Shown here in pieces: positions 17,999 through 27,564 of a stretch of DNA of 64,000 nt. The notes under the pieces were generated by a model. The model did not search any database. It was not told the origin of the DNA and was given only the letters and a program-made list of their open reading frames with translations. Every line of letters begins with the position of its first letter. Positions within the stretch are counted from its first letter, which is position 1. The DNA comes from an uncultured archaeon (GTDB taxonomy: Archaea; Asgardarchaeota; Thorarchaeia; Thorarchaeales; Thorarchaeaceae): positions 175,321 to 239,320 of the forward strand of contig CAZLEV010000005.1 of assembly GCA_964558645.1 (NCBI GenBank), written 5' to 3'. Position numbers and translations under genes: made by a program.

Positions 17999-19345
17999 TC
18001 ATTCGGTGACTGCATGTGCCTGCAGTGCCACTCGCGGCTTAAGCTCTCGCACAGGGATTCCCGTCTCCGCTGACACCTTCATTATATCATCAGCCTCAGG
18101 CTTGATGTTGATTATGCTGCCGTCTGGTCCTCTTGATATCTTCACACGAACCATGTAGTCCTTATTATCGATCTCCAGCTTACAGACAATAGTCTCGCGG
18201 GCAGCCTTCAGACGTTGCCATGATGTGTACCGGATTCCCAGAGTACCTAGGTGACGAATCATGATTTCGGCAATGCTCTTCAGACCGGTCTTGGCTGCGA
18301 TGACTTTGACCACAAAGCAGGGTCGATTCTTCTTACCATATGCCGGGATCATCACCACATCGTAGGCCAATCCCTCCGAGAGTAACGTGTCGAAGAGACT
18401 GCCCATGACTTCGCCATCAACGTCGTCTACATTTGCTTCAATCACAATAACGCTATCATCGTTCCATTGTTCAAACACTTCAGCCCTCTCCTCTCCACGA
18501 GTCGGCGGACTCACCACTTGAGAAGCCTTTCGTTCAGTCTTCTCAGAACTCTTGGGTTCTGGAGCCTCTGCAACGCCCTCTGCCTCCTTGAAATTGCCAA
18601 GGGATATCTTCATTCTGTTGGGAACTTCCCCAAGGTCGCGTGAGCCAAACCCGGTACCCTGTTGTGCAAGGACAAAATCCTCAGTCGAATCTACATACTC
18701 CTGAGCGAGGGATACCAGAAGGGCCGCTCCAGTGGGAGTCAGGATTTCAGTTTCGGCTTTGCCGGTGAGAAATGGAACATCATGAGCAACCAATATCTCA
18801 GCCACTGCGGGAACTGGAACCTCCAGCTCGCCATGCTCGGTTTCGATGGTGCCACTGCCAACTGCAACTCTTGTCGCCACAAATCTCACTTCATTCAGAA
18901 GGCCCATCTTCTCGAGGAGATACACTGTTCCGACAATATCTAGAACAGTATCAACTTGGCCAGTTTCGTGGAGGTGTAACTGCTCAATAGGGGTATCGTG
19001 TGCGCGCACCTCGGCCTGAAGAATCTCATCCAGTGCCCTCTCTGCCAGCTTTGCTGCTGTCTTGGAGAGCTCGAGTTCCTCACAGACAGTCTGTAACACT
19101 TCCAGCATCGACTTCGGACTGAGTCGGATACCCTTGTCCCCCACGACCTCGAGTCGCTTACCGTTCACTCCAGCCTTTTCCTCTTGAACAACCTTGACAC
19201 GCAGAGTCGGATCGTAGATAAGCAGGGCTGCAGCAACAGGCAACAAGGCATCGTCTTCTCCCATCAAATCGAGAAGAGCAGCTAGAAACATATCTCCTGA
19301 TGCACCAGCTTCATGAACATCGATTAGAGCAGTCTTCTTGGTCAA
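17999..19345 (-). CDS. larC: Nickel-pincer cofactor nickel chelatase LarC
   Basis: AGASGDMFLAALLD, HLHETG..D, TPTGAA, EANVDD, GKKNRP, TLGIR, KPE. The TTG start at 19345 is preferred. Confidence 0.9.
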   Translation of the reverse strand: MTKKTALIDVHEAGASGDMFLAALLDLMGEDDALLPVAAALLIYDPTLRVKVVQEEKAGVNGKRLEVVGDKGIRLSPKSMLEVLQTVCEELELSKTAAKLAERALDEILQAEVRAHDTPIEQLHLHETGQVDTVLDIVGTVYLLEKMGLLNEVRFVATRVAVGSGTIETEHGELEVPVPAVAEILVAHDVPFLTGKAETEILTPTGAALLVSLAQEYVDSTEDFVLAQQGTGFGSRDLGEVPNRMKISLGNFKEAEGVAEAPEPKSSEKTERKASQVVSPPTRGEERAEVFEQWNDDSVIVIEANVDDVDGEVMGSLFDTLLSEGLAYDVVMIPAYGKKNRPCFVVKVIAAKTGLKSIAEIMIRHLGTLGIRYTSWQRLKAARETIVCKLEIDNKDYMVRVKISRGPDGSIINIKPEADDIMKVSAETGIPVRELKPRVALQAHAVTE

Positions 19346-19511
19346 TGGAATTGGTTCTCCTTTCTTTAGAGGTCTGCAACTGCAGGCTGACACTGCAATC
19401 CTTTTCTTTCTTTCGCAGTCAGGAGTCAGGACGTAACACGACAAGGTCAATCCGTTCTTAAATAAAAACCTGCGACGGGGACAGTCACTGTGATTAGTGC
19501 TTCACTGTGGC

Positions 19512-20291
19512 CTATTCAGCCATGCCCCGTCTCCATTGTTCGAAGATTGCCATGTACATGCACTCAGCAGGGCTTATCCACATTGCAGACGAATCAAAGG
19601 CCTCGTCAACCAGTTCGACTGGGGCATCACGAATAAGCACAGCAGGTATAGACTCGTCAGACTCGCCCATAAGCACGGTACATGCAGATGCCAAGTTGTC
19701 TGCCACTGCTCTGCGAGTTATACGGAGCTCGTTGCCGAAGAGATCTCTACGTCCTCGGTCGTCCATGACAGGCCGAAATCCGGCCACGCCTAGGGCCATC
19801 CCAATATTGCCGAGCCTGAGAGGTTGCGTCCTGCTGTCAATGATGATCACTCCAAGCCTCAATCCCCATCGTCCCAGAATTTCTTGACGGATTCGAGCAG
19901 CACTGGCCTTTGCATCGACTGGCAAGAGCGAGGCATAACCAGCCGGAACGTTTGACTTGTCAACCCCAGCATTCGCCATGAGGGTATTGTTCTTGATGGT
20001 CAATACAACACGAGGAATACCACCAAGAATCTCATCCGCCTCATCTAGTACCAGCTGTGCCACTGCAGGAAGGATGTCATACTTCGTGCCTAGATTGCGA
20101 GCCTCATCAGTCACACTGACATCGTTCAATCTAACAACCCTACCTTCAGTCGTCCCCAACGGAGTCTCGGCAATGCCCATGATGTCACCCTCCTTGGGGT
20201 CGAGATCTTGGGACTTCATGGATTGCGAAATCACGCTGAGGAAGTCATCTTCTCTTGTGATGGTACGAGTCTTTATCGGAAATAGTTCCAA
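19512..20291 (-). CDS. cofE: CofE-family gamma-glutamyl ligase (F420-0:L-glutamate ligase-like)
   Basis: ANAGVDKSN, VIIIDSRTQPLRLG, DLFGNELRIT, MGESDESIP. Confidence 0.88.
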   Translation of the reverse strand: MELFPIKTRTITREDDFLSVISQSMKSQDLDPKEGDIMGIAETPLGTTEGRVVRLNDVSVTDEARNLGTKYDILPAVAQLVLDEADEILGGIPRVVLTIKNNTLMANAGVDKSNVPAGYASLLPVDAKASAARIRQEILGRWGLRLGVIIIDSRTQPLRLGNIGMALGVAGFRPVMDDRGRRDLFGNELRITRRAVADNLASACTVLMGESDESIPAVLIRDAPVELVDEAFDSSAMWISPAECMYMAIFEQWRRGMAE

Positions 20292-20380
20292 TGCACAGCC
20301 TCAATACTTCCGCGAGGAGAACTGCAAATAAAGCATACCTATCTCTCAGTCGGCTATATCATGGTGCAAGACGATGGAGA

Positions 20381-21796
20381 CTATTCTCTCTGAAGCTTCA
20401 TCCGCGCACCCATTATACACGAGTCCCCTCTTCGACCGCCCATCGGATTCTCTCGCGTCCCCATTGAGTTCATGCATCTAGCGGTCACAGCAGCACCCAT
20501 GGCGAGCCCGTCCTCGACAAATACAACCTGGCGTGATGGTTCCGGAGGCATCAGCTTGCCACTCAGGAGTTCAGCAAGAAGAAGGGCCGGTTTCTGCCCT
20601 GTCACGAGTGCCCGTCCTGTTAGCCCAAAAGAGGTTTCAGGGCGCACCAGTTTCCTGAAGTCACAGATGCTTATCAAGCGATATGCCAGTCGGGCCATCA
20701 GCAGGTCCACGACAGCCAAGAATAGACCTTTTCCGCCCTCCTCGACTATCTCAAAACCATGTCGTGACAACAGAGGCAAGTCTGAACCATTGTCGCCAAC
20801 GTCTATGCCGATGAGCAGGGTCCCGGACTCGGCGGCTGCATCGGTATTAACAGGAACTGTACCGTACTGCTCCACTCCATCTGGAACCTCCTCAATCTGG
20901 ATTATCTTCTCAAGACGCTCAACCCATTGCTCTACCTTCAGATCAGTAGTCCTTGTGGATTGCGATGACAAATCGAGCATGACTGCATCAGTTCTGCTCG
21001 AGAGTCCTGACCCCTTTGCCAGAGCATCAGGAATGGCCCCTGCAAGCCCTGCGAATGAACCAGTAGTATGAGCATAGGGATAAGAGTCATCAACGACTCT
21101 TCCAGCAAGAGTTGTCCCAAAGTCCAACGTGAGAACAGGATTTCGAAAGTCGATATCTGTGCCTTTGACAGCACCTTTGATTCCTGCAGTGACCAGCTCC
21201 CCTTCCATCTCATTTGCCACGATTTCTGTATTCGCTGGGGGAAGGCAGCTTGCGACGGCTCCATCGAAATACACCTTCTTAAGCCAAGTGTACCCTCGAA
21301 CGCCTGGAGGGAGATTCTCAGGAGACAGCGATGCAGTCATCTTTCGCGGTGGAACACCAGCATCAAGACAGCCCTGTGCCAGCGCCTTGATTATGCAGTG
21401 GACTTCTTGTGGCGTCGTGAATCCTGCATTTATGCCTGTAGACCTGACCACGAAGTGAATGTCATTCTCTATGTCGAGCTTGGCCTTTGATACTGCACTT
21501 GTGAGGAGGTCAGCAACCATCTCAGTGACGGAGTTCTCTGTCAATGGCACGCCTGTGATTGTTTCTCCAAAGCTCGACTCGTCGTCTCCTGGCGGACGAA
21601 TGTCCCGTGTCATGCGTACCTCTTTTGCCACCTCAAAGATCTCGGCAGTCTCGAGATTGGTGGCCACTATGATGCACTTGGTGGTCGTATTTCCCAGCTC
21701 TACTGACACAACCGTATAGAATGGACCAACCTTCAGTGAGGATGCACTGATTCTTCGAGGATGTACTATTTCAGGTCTCATCAGTGTCAACACCAT
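20381..21796 (-). CDS. Methanogenesis marker 14 protein (DUF2114-like, ASKHA-fold)
   Basis: SVELGNTTTKCI, FVVRSTG, NEMEGELVTAGIK, LDFGTTLAGR, VFVEDGLA.GAAV.ARCMNS.GT..NP.GG.RG..C. Confidence 0.85.
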   Translation of the reverse strand: MVLTLMRPEIVHPRRISASSLKVGPFYTVVSVELGNTTTKCIIVATNLETAEIFEVAKEVRMTRDIRPPGDDESSFGETITGVPLTENSVTEMVADLLTSAVSKAKLDIENDIHFVVRSTGINAGFTTPQEVHCIIKALAQGCLDAGVPPRKMTASLSPENLPPGVRGYTWLKKVYFDGAVASCLPPANTEIVANEMEGELVTAGIKGAVKGTDIDFRNPVLTLDFGTTLAGRVVDDSYPYAHTTGSFAGLAGAIPDALAKGSGLSSRTDAVMLDLSSQSTRTTDLKVEQWVERLEKIIQIEEVPDGVEQYGTVPVNTDAAAESGTLLIGIDVGDNGSDLPLLSRHGFEIVEEGGKGLFLAVVDLLMARLAYRLISICDFRKLVRPETSFGLTGRALVTGQKPALLLAELLSGKLMPPEPSRQVVFVEDGLAMGAAVTARCMNSMGTRENPMGGRRGDSCIMGARMKLQRE

Positions 21797-21803
21797 CAGT
21801 TTG

Positions 21804-22739
21804 TCAGAGTAGTTTCTTGAATGGGTGTTCGTTGGAGGGTTCAATGCCAAGCTCGGCCTTGACAGACTCCGCGGTGAAAATGTCAGCCATACTAGCTACA
21901 GGAAAGACACGTTTTGCATTGTTCAGCGGCCCGTAGAGGACGAAATCAGCACCCATCATCTGGAGCATCAGACTGGAGGCAACATCGCAAATCATGTAAG
22001 CCTCCTTGTCTACCTTCTTTCGGTTCTTCAGCCAGGTCCAAGATGCCGGTGCATTGTGGATTCCTGATCCGGTAGGCAACCCGTAGACAGACTTCGAAAC
22101 AAAGGTGAAGGCCACTGCAGAACCTGCACCAGCACCCATGGCTGTGGTTGCGGTATCGATAAGCGGCTTCTGAACGCCAACCTCCTTCGCAAGGGCAAGA
22201 AGACCCGAAGAACTATCGTCGATTCCGGTATCCAACACTGCCCTCCGTCCGCCGATGGAAGAATCACGAGGATTGAATGCAAGGATGATAGCTGATTCTG
22301 GACCGATCGCATCAATCGCTTCGAGTTCTTTGCTCTCCACGGAAACACTGATTGAATTGTAGATTGCTCTGTCAAGGCAGCCAATCTCCTCAGCGTGTCG
22401 AAGCCCTGCCACTCGAACTTCAGATTCTGTTGAATCAATCAGGAAGGGGACATCAGAGACCTCAGTGACAAAATCAATGAACTTGCACATGGCCTCATCG
22501 GTCTGTGAGCATATCTGTAACATACAGGGATTCCCCGTGATCTCGGACATCTCTTCTTGGGTAGCTATCTGCTCTTCTGCCTTCGCCCTGTCGAAGCTGC
22601 CCTTCTTGGCGTCTTCCAGCAGTTTGTCTCCATGATAGAAGATTGTGCCCACAAGAACAGTTGGCAACTCACCAGGCGAACCTCCTATCTCGACATCACC
22701 GATTCTGTGGATGACCTGTTCTTTCTCAAATACAAACAT
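21804..22739 (-). CDS. mtrH: MtrH-family methyl-tetrahydropterin:corrinoid methyltransferase (copy 1)
   Basis: MFVFEKEQ, IGGSPGELPTVLVGTIFY, FLIDST, IYNS, GSGIHNAP, ADFVLYGP. Confidence 0.92.
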   Translation of the reverse strand: MFVFEKEQVIHRIGDVEIGGSPGELPTVLVGTIFYHGDKLLEDAKKGSFDRAKAEEQIATQEEMSEITGNPCMLQICSQTDEAMCKFIDFVTEVSDVPFLIDSTESEVRVAGLRHAEEIGCLDRAIYNSISVSVESKELEAIDAIGPESAIILAFNPRDSSIGGRRAVLDTGIDDSSSGLLALAKEVGVQKPLIDTATTAMGAGAGSAVAFTFVSKSVYGLPTGSGIHNAPASWTWLKNRKKVDKEAYMICDVASSLMLQMMGADFVLYGPLNNAKRVFPVASMADIFTAESVKAELGIEPSNEHPFKKLL

Positions 22740-22741
22740 AT

Positions 22742-23446
22742 CTACATCTCCTTTCCAATCAAGACAGTACCAGACTCCATCTCGCGAACTTCAATTCCCA
22801 CATTGGTGGGATGTAGTGAAAGAGAAGCTCCCAGAGCAAACTGCTCCAAAAGAGATGTCATCGGGTCCAAGTATACATCAAACTCCGGAAGGACGGCAAT
22901 TCCTGCACCGAGGGTTCTATGAGCGGCACGTTCGGCCTCCACAGTGAACTCCACCCAGAAAGGACCCTCAGGAAACGGGCCAATCTGGTGAGCAAGAAGA
23001 GATTCAGCCTCATCACGAATCGTGTCCGGGTCTGTAACGTTCATCAAGTCGATGAGTTGCACTTGCCCTCTGAATCGGTCTATTGCCTCCATTGGAATGT
23101 TCTCAATATAGGGGATTGCACCCGGCGCATTCAGAATCTTTCGATTGTCGTGGCTGACACCATATTGATGGAGACAGCTCAATGATGCACCCGTCCTATG
23201 TCCCGGTACTTCTGGACCACAGAGAATGAGATATCGGATGTTTGGATTCGAGATGATATTGACGACCACACGCTCAATGCCAATATTCTCGGTCTTGCAT
23301 GTCCCGATTATGGCATACCTGCTGTTGACTTCAATCTTCTTCCCCAGAGTGCATATGGCAACACTCAGCGATGGATCACCTACTTCAAAATCTCCAGCAA
23401 CAACAGGCCAATCTCGAGTGTTTTGTTCACCAGACATCTTCTTCAC
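22742..23446 (-). CDS. mtrA: MtrA/MtxA-like corrinoid protein without an obvious C-terminal membrane anchor
   Basis: WP.V.GDF.VGD, CKTENIGIERV..NIISNPNIRYLILCG.EV.GH.TG (cobalt-ligating His), GAIPYIEN. The C-terminus is hydrophilic. Confidence 0.92.
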   Translation of the reverse strand: MKKMSGEQNTRDWPVVAGDFEVGDPSLSVAICTLGKKIEVNSRYAIIGTCKTENIGIERVVVNIISNPNIRYLILCGPEVPGHRTGASLSCLHQYGVSHDNRKILNAPGAIPYIENIPMEAIDRFRGQVQLIDLMNVTDPDTIRDEAESLLAHQIGPFPEGPFWVEFTVEAERAAHRTLGAGIAVLPEFDVYLDPMTSLLEQFALGASLSLHPTNVGIEVREMESGTVLIGKEM

Positions 23447-23448
23447 CT

Positions 23449-24366
23449 TTAGGTGTACGTTGGGGGATCAAACAGCTCTGCATCGCGTCCAAGAGTCCGA
23501 CTGGCCTCAGCAACAGCTGTTGCCAGTGCGTTCCCAATCAATGCAACAGCTGCATATACTTCCTTTGTACGGACCATTGACCCATACATTATGCAGTCAG
23601 TAGCAAACAGCTGGGCTGCAACGGTTGATGCAACAACCGTAGAGAGATGAGTAATCTCATCATCTAAGCCCTCTTGGCGTATGAACTTCCAAGCCGATGG
23701 CGCATTGTGGGGACCAAGACAGGTGGGGAGGCCTAGCTCGGACTTGATGGCAAGAATTGTCCTGTACTCAAGACCGTATCCTGCACCGACTGGTAGAGTT
23801 GCGGGATCCACCAACACTTTCTCAACGGCCATTGAGTGGGAGTCTTCGAGCATCTTCTTGACGGTGTCCATTCGGTCGGATAAGTTGGTTGCACGTGGAG
23901 ACCAACCCAGAACAACAGCCATGTTCAACGAGCTCTCTCGAAGCAACGCTTTCTCATCATCCTTCATCGAGAGATTGATTGAGTTGTAGATTGCTCGATC
24001 AGAGAGACCGGTCTCATCACAGTATTCAATTCCGCGTTTTCGGGCTTTCGCACTGGTAGACTCGAACATAAAGGGGCCCTCGAAGGAATCAGCAAGCCAA
24101 GAGATGTGCTTCTCCATCGCCTCAGGTGTCCGCCCGAATGCCTGAATCACGAGGGGATGACCCGTTCGTTCCTCCATTTCCACGCCGGTGGCAATCCAGT
24201 CAGAGGCCAGTTCCTCATTAAACAATCCCTGTTTCGTGTTCTCCACAATTGGCTGCCCCTTGAAAAAGAGACCACCTATGAGGACGGTGGGGTTCTCTCC
24301 GGGCTGACCGCCTATGGTCACACCGCCGAAATCGTATGATACCTGGTTCTTCTTGAACACGAACAT
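23449..24366 (-). CDS. mtrH: MtrH-family methyltransferase (divergent copy 2)
   Basis: MFVFKKNQ, IGGQPGENPTVL, FMFEST (E in place of D), IYNSIN, GPHNAPSAW, IMYG. ATG at 24366. Confidence 0.88.
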   Translation of the reverse strand: MFVFKKNQVSYDFGGVTIGGQPGENPTVLIGGLFFKGQPIVENTKQGLFNEELASDWIATGVEMEERTGHPLVIQAFGRTPEAMEKHISWLADSFEGPFMFESTSAKARKRGIEYCDETGLSDRAIYNSINLSMKDDEKALLRESSLNMAVVLGWSPRATNLSDRMDTVKKMLEDSHSMAVEKVLVDPATLPVGAGYGLEYRTILAIKSELGLPTCLGPHNAPSAWKFIRQEGLDDEITHLSTVVASTVAAQLFATDCIMYGSMVRTKEVYAAVALIGNALATAVAEASRTLGRDAELFDPPTYT

Positions 24367-24376
24367 AACGACTCTT

Positions 24377-25351
24377 TCACCTAGGTCTTGGGTAGAGGCC
24401 TGCACCTTTAACTAGTTCGGGGATTGCGCTCTCCCAGCCCACGCCCATGATATGAATCCCATCCACTCCGTTTATCTTACGAATGTTTTCGATTGTTTCT
24501 GAGGCCATAAGGAGTCCCTCTGCTCTAACAGCTTCGCGCTTGTCAGCACCCTTTAGACCTCTCCCTGCCTCATCAAGCCGGGAAATCATAGAATCGGGAA
24601 TCTTAATGCCAGGAATGCGCTTGTTCATGAATCTGGCCATCTTAGGACCCTTCAGAGGGATGATTCCAGCTAGGACTCCAGCATCAAGTCCTTCGATGCC
24701 CTTCATAAACTCCTGCAGACGGCTTGTATCATAGATGGCCTGGGTCTGAAAGAACCTAGCCCCCGCTGCCTGTTTCTTCTCAGTCCGCCAGATATGCATC
24801 TCAAGGGGATCAGCATAGGGATTGAAAGTAGCTCCGATGAAGAATGTTGGAGTCCCCTCCAGTTCTTGCCCGGAGAGGTCTGTTCCGTGCATAAGATGCT
24901 TGGTAACCTGTAGCGCTTGGATAGAGTCCATGTCAAAGACCATCTTTGCCTCTGGATGGGATCCGAGCAGAGTATGATCGCCTGTGATGAACATGAGATT
25001 ACGCACGCCGAGCGCGTAGGCGCCATAGAGCTCGCTCTCAAACAGGATTCGGTTCCTGTCTCTCGCAGACATCTGCATTATGGGCTCGGCCCCAGCCTGA
25101 AGAATGAAATGGGCACAGACCATGCTGCTCATTGTCGGTATACCCCGAACGTTATCAGTGATGTTGATTGCATCACAGTATTCAGCAACCAGATGGGTGT
25201 GCTCACGGATTATGTTGGCGTCGGAACCATGAGGAGGTGTGATCTCACCTGTTACAACGAACTCATTGTTCTCAAGTAGGGAATCTAGATGACTGATTGG
25301 CAGGTTTGATTTCTCCAGATTATTTGCTTGCACCAGAGCGACTCTCTCCAC
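24377..25351 (-). CDS. metF: Methylenetetrahydrofolate reductase, catalytic subunit
   Basis: VVTGEITPP, INITDN, RDRNRI, ITGDH, KKQAAGARFFQTQ, GIHIM. Confidence 0.92.
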   Translation of the reverse strand: MERVALVQANNLEKSNLPISHLDSLLENNEFVVTGEITPPHGSDANIIREHTHLVAEYCDAINITDNVRGIPTMSSMVCAHFILQAGAEPIMQMSARDRNRILFESELYGAYALGVRNLMFITGDHTLLGSHPEAKMVFDMDSIQALQVTKHLMHGTDLSGQELEGTPTFFIGATFNPYADPLEMHIWRTEKKQAAGARFFQTQAIYDTSRLQEFMKGIEGLDAGVLAGIIPLKGPKMARFMNKRIPGIKIPDSMISRLDEAGRGLKGADKREAVRAEGLLMASETIENIRKINGVDGIHIMGVGWESAIPELVKGAGLYPRPR

Positions 25352-25430
25352 CCTTATTTCATTTCCGAGCCCAAGAGATGTCAGTCACCATGTCGTACGC
25401 ACGCTTCTAAGATGCAGCGCAGGACGATGT

Positions 25431-26090
25431 CTAGAAGAAAGCTCCGTGTTCAAGCTTTCGAGGACCGCGAGCAAGGCTCCAGTCCTTGAGGGCCCAAATC
25501 TTCTTGATATTCTCTTCTTTCCCGAGAGCCTTGAGGCGGTCGTATATCAACTGCCATACACACTCAGTATCTTCATCTCTCTCGCACATACCATCCATTG
25601 AACCACCACACGGACCATTCAAGATGCCCTTGGCACAGCGCGCGATGGGGCAGATGCCCCCTGTAAGATCAAGGATGCATTCTCCACACATGACACACTG
25701 CTCATGATGGTGAAATCTCTCGGGCATGTTTCCAAGAAACTCAGAGTCAGTTGCAGGGAACGATTCTTTCTCAGAATGCAGCTGAGTTAGTGTCTGGGTA
25801 GCAACGCCGCATGCTTGAACAAGGAAGGCATCGGCCTTCTCAACAATCTCTTTGTTCGCTTCGAGTTCTTGCTTGAACGCATTGATATCACACATTCCGC
25901 CCTCAACGAAGACGTATCCAAGCACCTCCTTGCCATTCTCTTCAAGGAAGTCACCCATGTCCTCAAGCTGAAGGATGCCCCCAACGTCACACATCTGTGC
26001 GCAGCCAGAGTCTCCAAACAGGACAATGCGATGTTTCCCTTCTAGCATCTCGAGAATCTTCTCGGGCGATTTCAGTTCCATGACAATCAA
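25431..26090 (-). CDS. metV: MetV, the Fe-S/Zn partner subunit of MTHFR (MTHFR_C domain)
   Basis: CAQMC.VGG, ACGVA.Q, CVMCGEC....TGGICPIARCAKGILNGPCGG...CE...ECVWQLIYDRL. Confidence 0.9.
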   Translation of the reverse strand: MIVMELKSPEKILEMLEGKHRIVLFGDSGCAQMCDVGGILQLEDMGDFLEENGKEVLGYVFVEGGMCDINAFKQELEANKEIVEKADAFLVQACGVATQTLTQLHSEKESFPATDSEFLGNMPERFHHHEQCVMCGECILDLTGGICPIARCAKGILNGPCGGSMDGMCERDEDTECVWQLIYDRLKALGKEENIKKIWALKDWSLARGPRKLEHGAFF

Positions 26091-26157
26091 GCAGCAATTC
26101 ACCCAGTTTGTGGAGCGCAGAAACGACTAAAAGCTATTGCCTGACTGCATTCCTGTT

Positions 26158-27462
26158 TCATTCACTAGGCACAAATCGCTCCATTCTCTTGAGAGCGCCT
26201 TCAGGCAGCATCGTGAACAAGCGTTGGACAGTATCATAGCTGAGACGTGCTTCCACAGTGATTACATTCTCGCCAAATTCTTCTTTCTCCACATGACCGT
26301 TATCGTGCAACCAGGACAGCATTGCCATTCCCGATGACTCGTAGGGAATAGTGACATGGTATCTGTGAAGGACCGGTAAACTGCGTCTGACTTCAAGAAT
26401 CAGTTCTTCAAGGTTCGTTTCTTCCTTTGCGGATATTGGAACAACAGCACGCCCGATATCTTGCAGCATAGTCATCCGTTCACGTACAGAGATGTCCTCC
26501 ACAAGGTCAATCTTATTCAGGGCCACTACCAGAGGAATGCCATTCACCCCAATCTCCTTGAAAGTGTCAATACAGGCGCCGACCTTCCGATTCATCTCAT
26601 AGACCGAGTCACTGGCATCCACCACCAGAACGATGACGTCAGCGTTCCCAATCTCCATGAGAGTAGTATTGAAGGCATCAAGAAGCTCAGGTGGGAGATC
26701 ACTGATGAAACCTACAGAGTCGCTTACCACGACCTGTCGGCCAGGAATGTCAAGGCGCCGGGTCTTCGTTGATAGCGTTGTGAATAGCTGGTCGGCGACC
26801 TTTACCTCGGAACCTGTAAGAGTGCGGTGCAGAGTGCTCTTTCCTGCATTGGTATAGCCTGTCAGAGTCACTTCCAAGAAGCCGACCTTCGACCTTCTCT
26901 TTCGTTTCAATTCCTGAATATCGGATATCTTTTCTAGTTTGGAACGAATGGTGGCAATGCGTCTACGAAGTTCCATGGTTCGGATATTCAGCAGGTCTTC
27001 TCCTGCACCCACTTGTTCTCCCACAGGTCGGGCACCAGTGTGTTCACTCTGAAGTTGTATGCGTAGCTGATGTCGGATAAAGGGGAGCTCATACTCAAGT
27101 CGCGCTTGTTCAATCTGCAGCTTGGCCTGGGGTGTCCTTGCGTGCTTACCGAATATCTCGAGTATCAGCTGGTTTCTATCACGAACCTCAACATCCCATT
27201 TCTCCATGAGGCGATACATCTGACTGGACTTCAATTTGGGGGAGAAGAGTACAACATCAGGTTTGCTGATATCAATATGAGTTGCAATCTCTTCGACCTT
27301 GCCCGATGATATGGCAAAACGAGCCGATTTCGGACCCACAATATCCATTGCCTCGACCACAGTATAACCCGCGGTCTCAGCTAGTGCCTGGAATTCATCC
27401 AGAAGATCATGTTCGCCGTATTCTCGGCTCTGAACCAGGAGAGCTCTCAGGGATTCCATCAT
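26158..27462 (-). CDS. hflX: GTPase HflX
   Basis: LILEIF..HART..AKLQIE, GYTNAGKST, LFTTL, DSVGFI, NKID, ISAK. Confidence 0.95.
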   Translation of the reverse strand: MMESLRALLVQSREYGEHDLLDEFQALAETAGYTVVEAMDIVGPKSARFAISSGKVEEIATHIDISKPDVVLFSPKLKSSQMYRLMEKWDVEVRDRNQLILEIFGKHARTPQAKLQIEQARLEYELPFIRHQLRIQLQSEHTGARPVGEQVGAGEDLLNIRTMELRRRIATIRSKLEKISDIQELKRKRRSKVGFLEVTLTGYTNAGKSTLHRTLTGSEVKVADQLFTTLSTKTRRLDIPGRQVVVSDSVGFISDLPPELLDAFNTTLMEIGNADVIVLVVDASDSVYEMNRKVGACIDTFKEIGVNGIPLVVALNKIDLVEDISVRERMTMLQDIGRAVVPISAKEETNLEELILEVRRSLPVLHRYHVTIPYESSGMAMLSWLHDNGHVEKEEFGENVITVEARLSYDTVQRLFTMLPEGALKRMERFVPSE

Positions 27463-27564
27463 GCAATGTCAAAAGCCAAGTGTCTTAAACGGTTTGATTC
27501 GTGAATTGACCCAACAATGGCCAGCAGTTGCTTTGTATCGCATTGAAGAACTAGGGTTGGTATA

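Noticed and set aside
21804-24366. Evidence of methanogenesis from the mtrA, mtrH and marker 14 genes
   Set aside because: There are no mcr or membrane mtrB-G genes in the window and MtrA lacks its anchor, so methanogenesis cannot be inferred.
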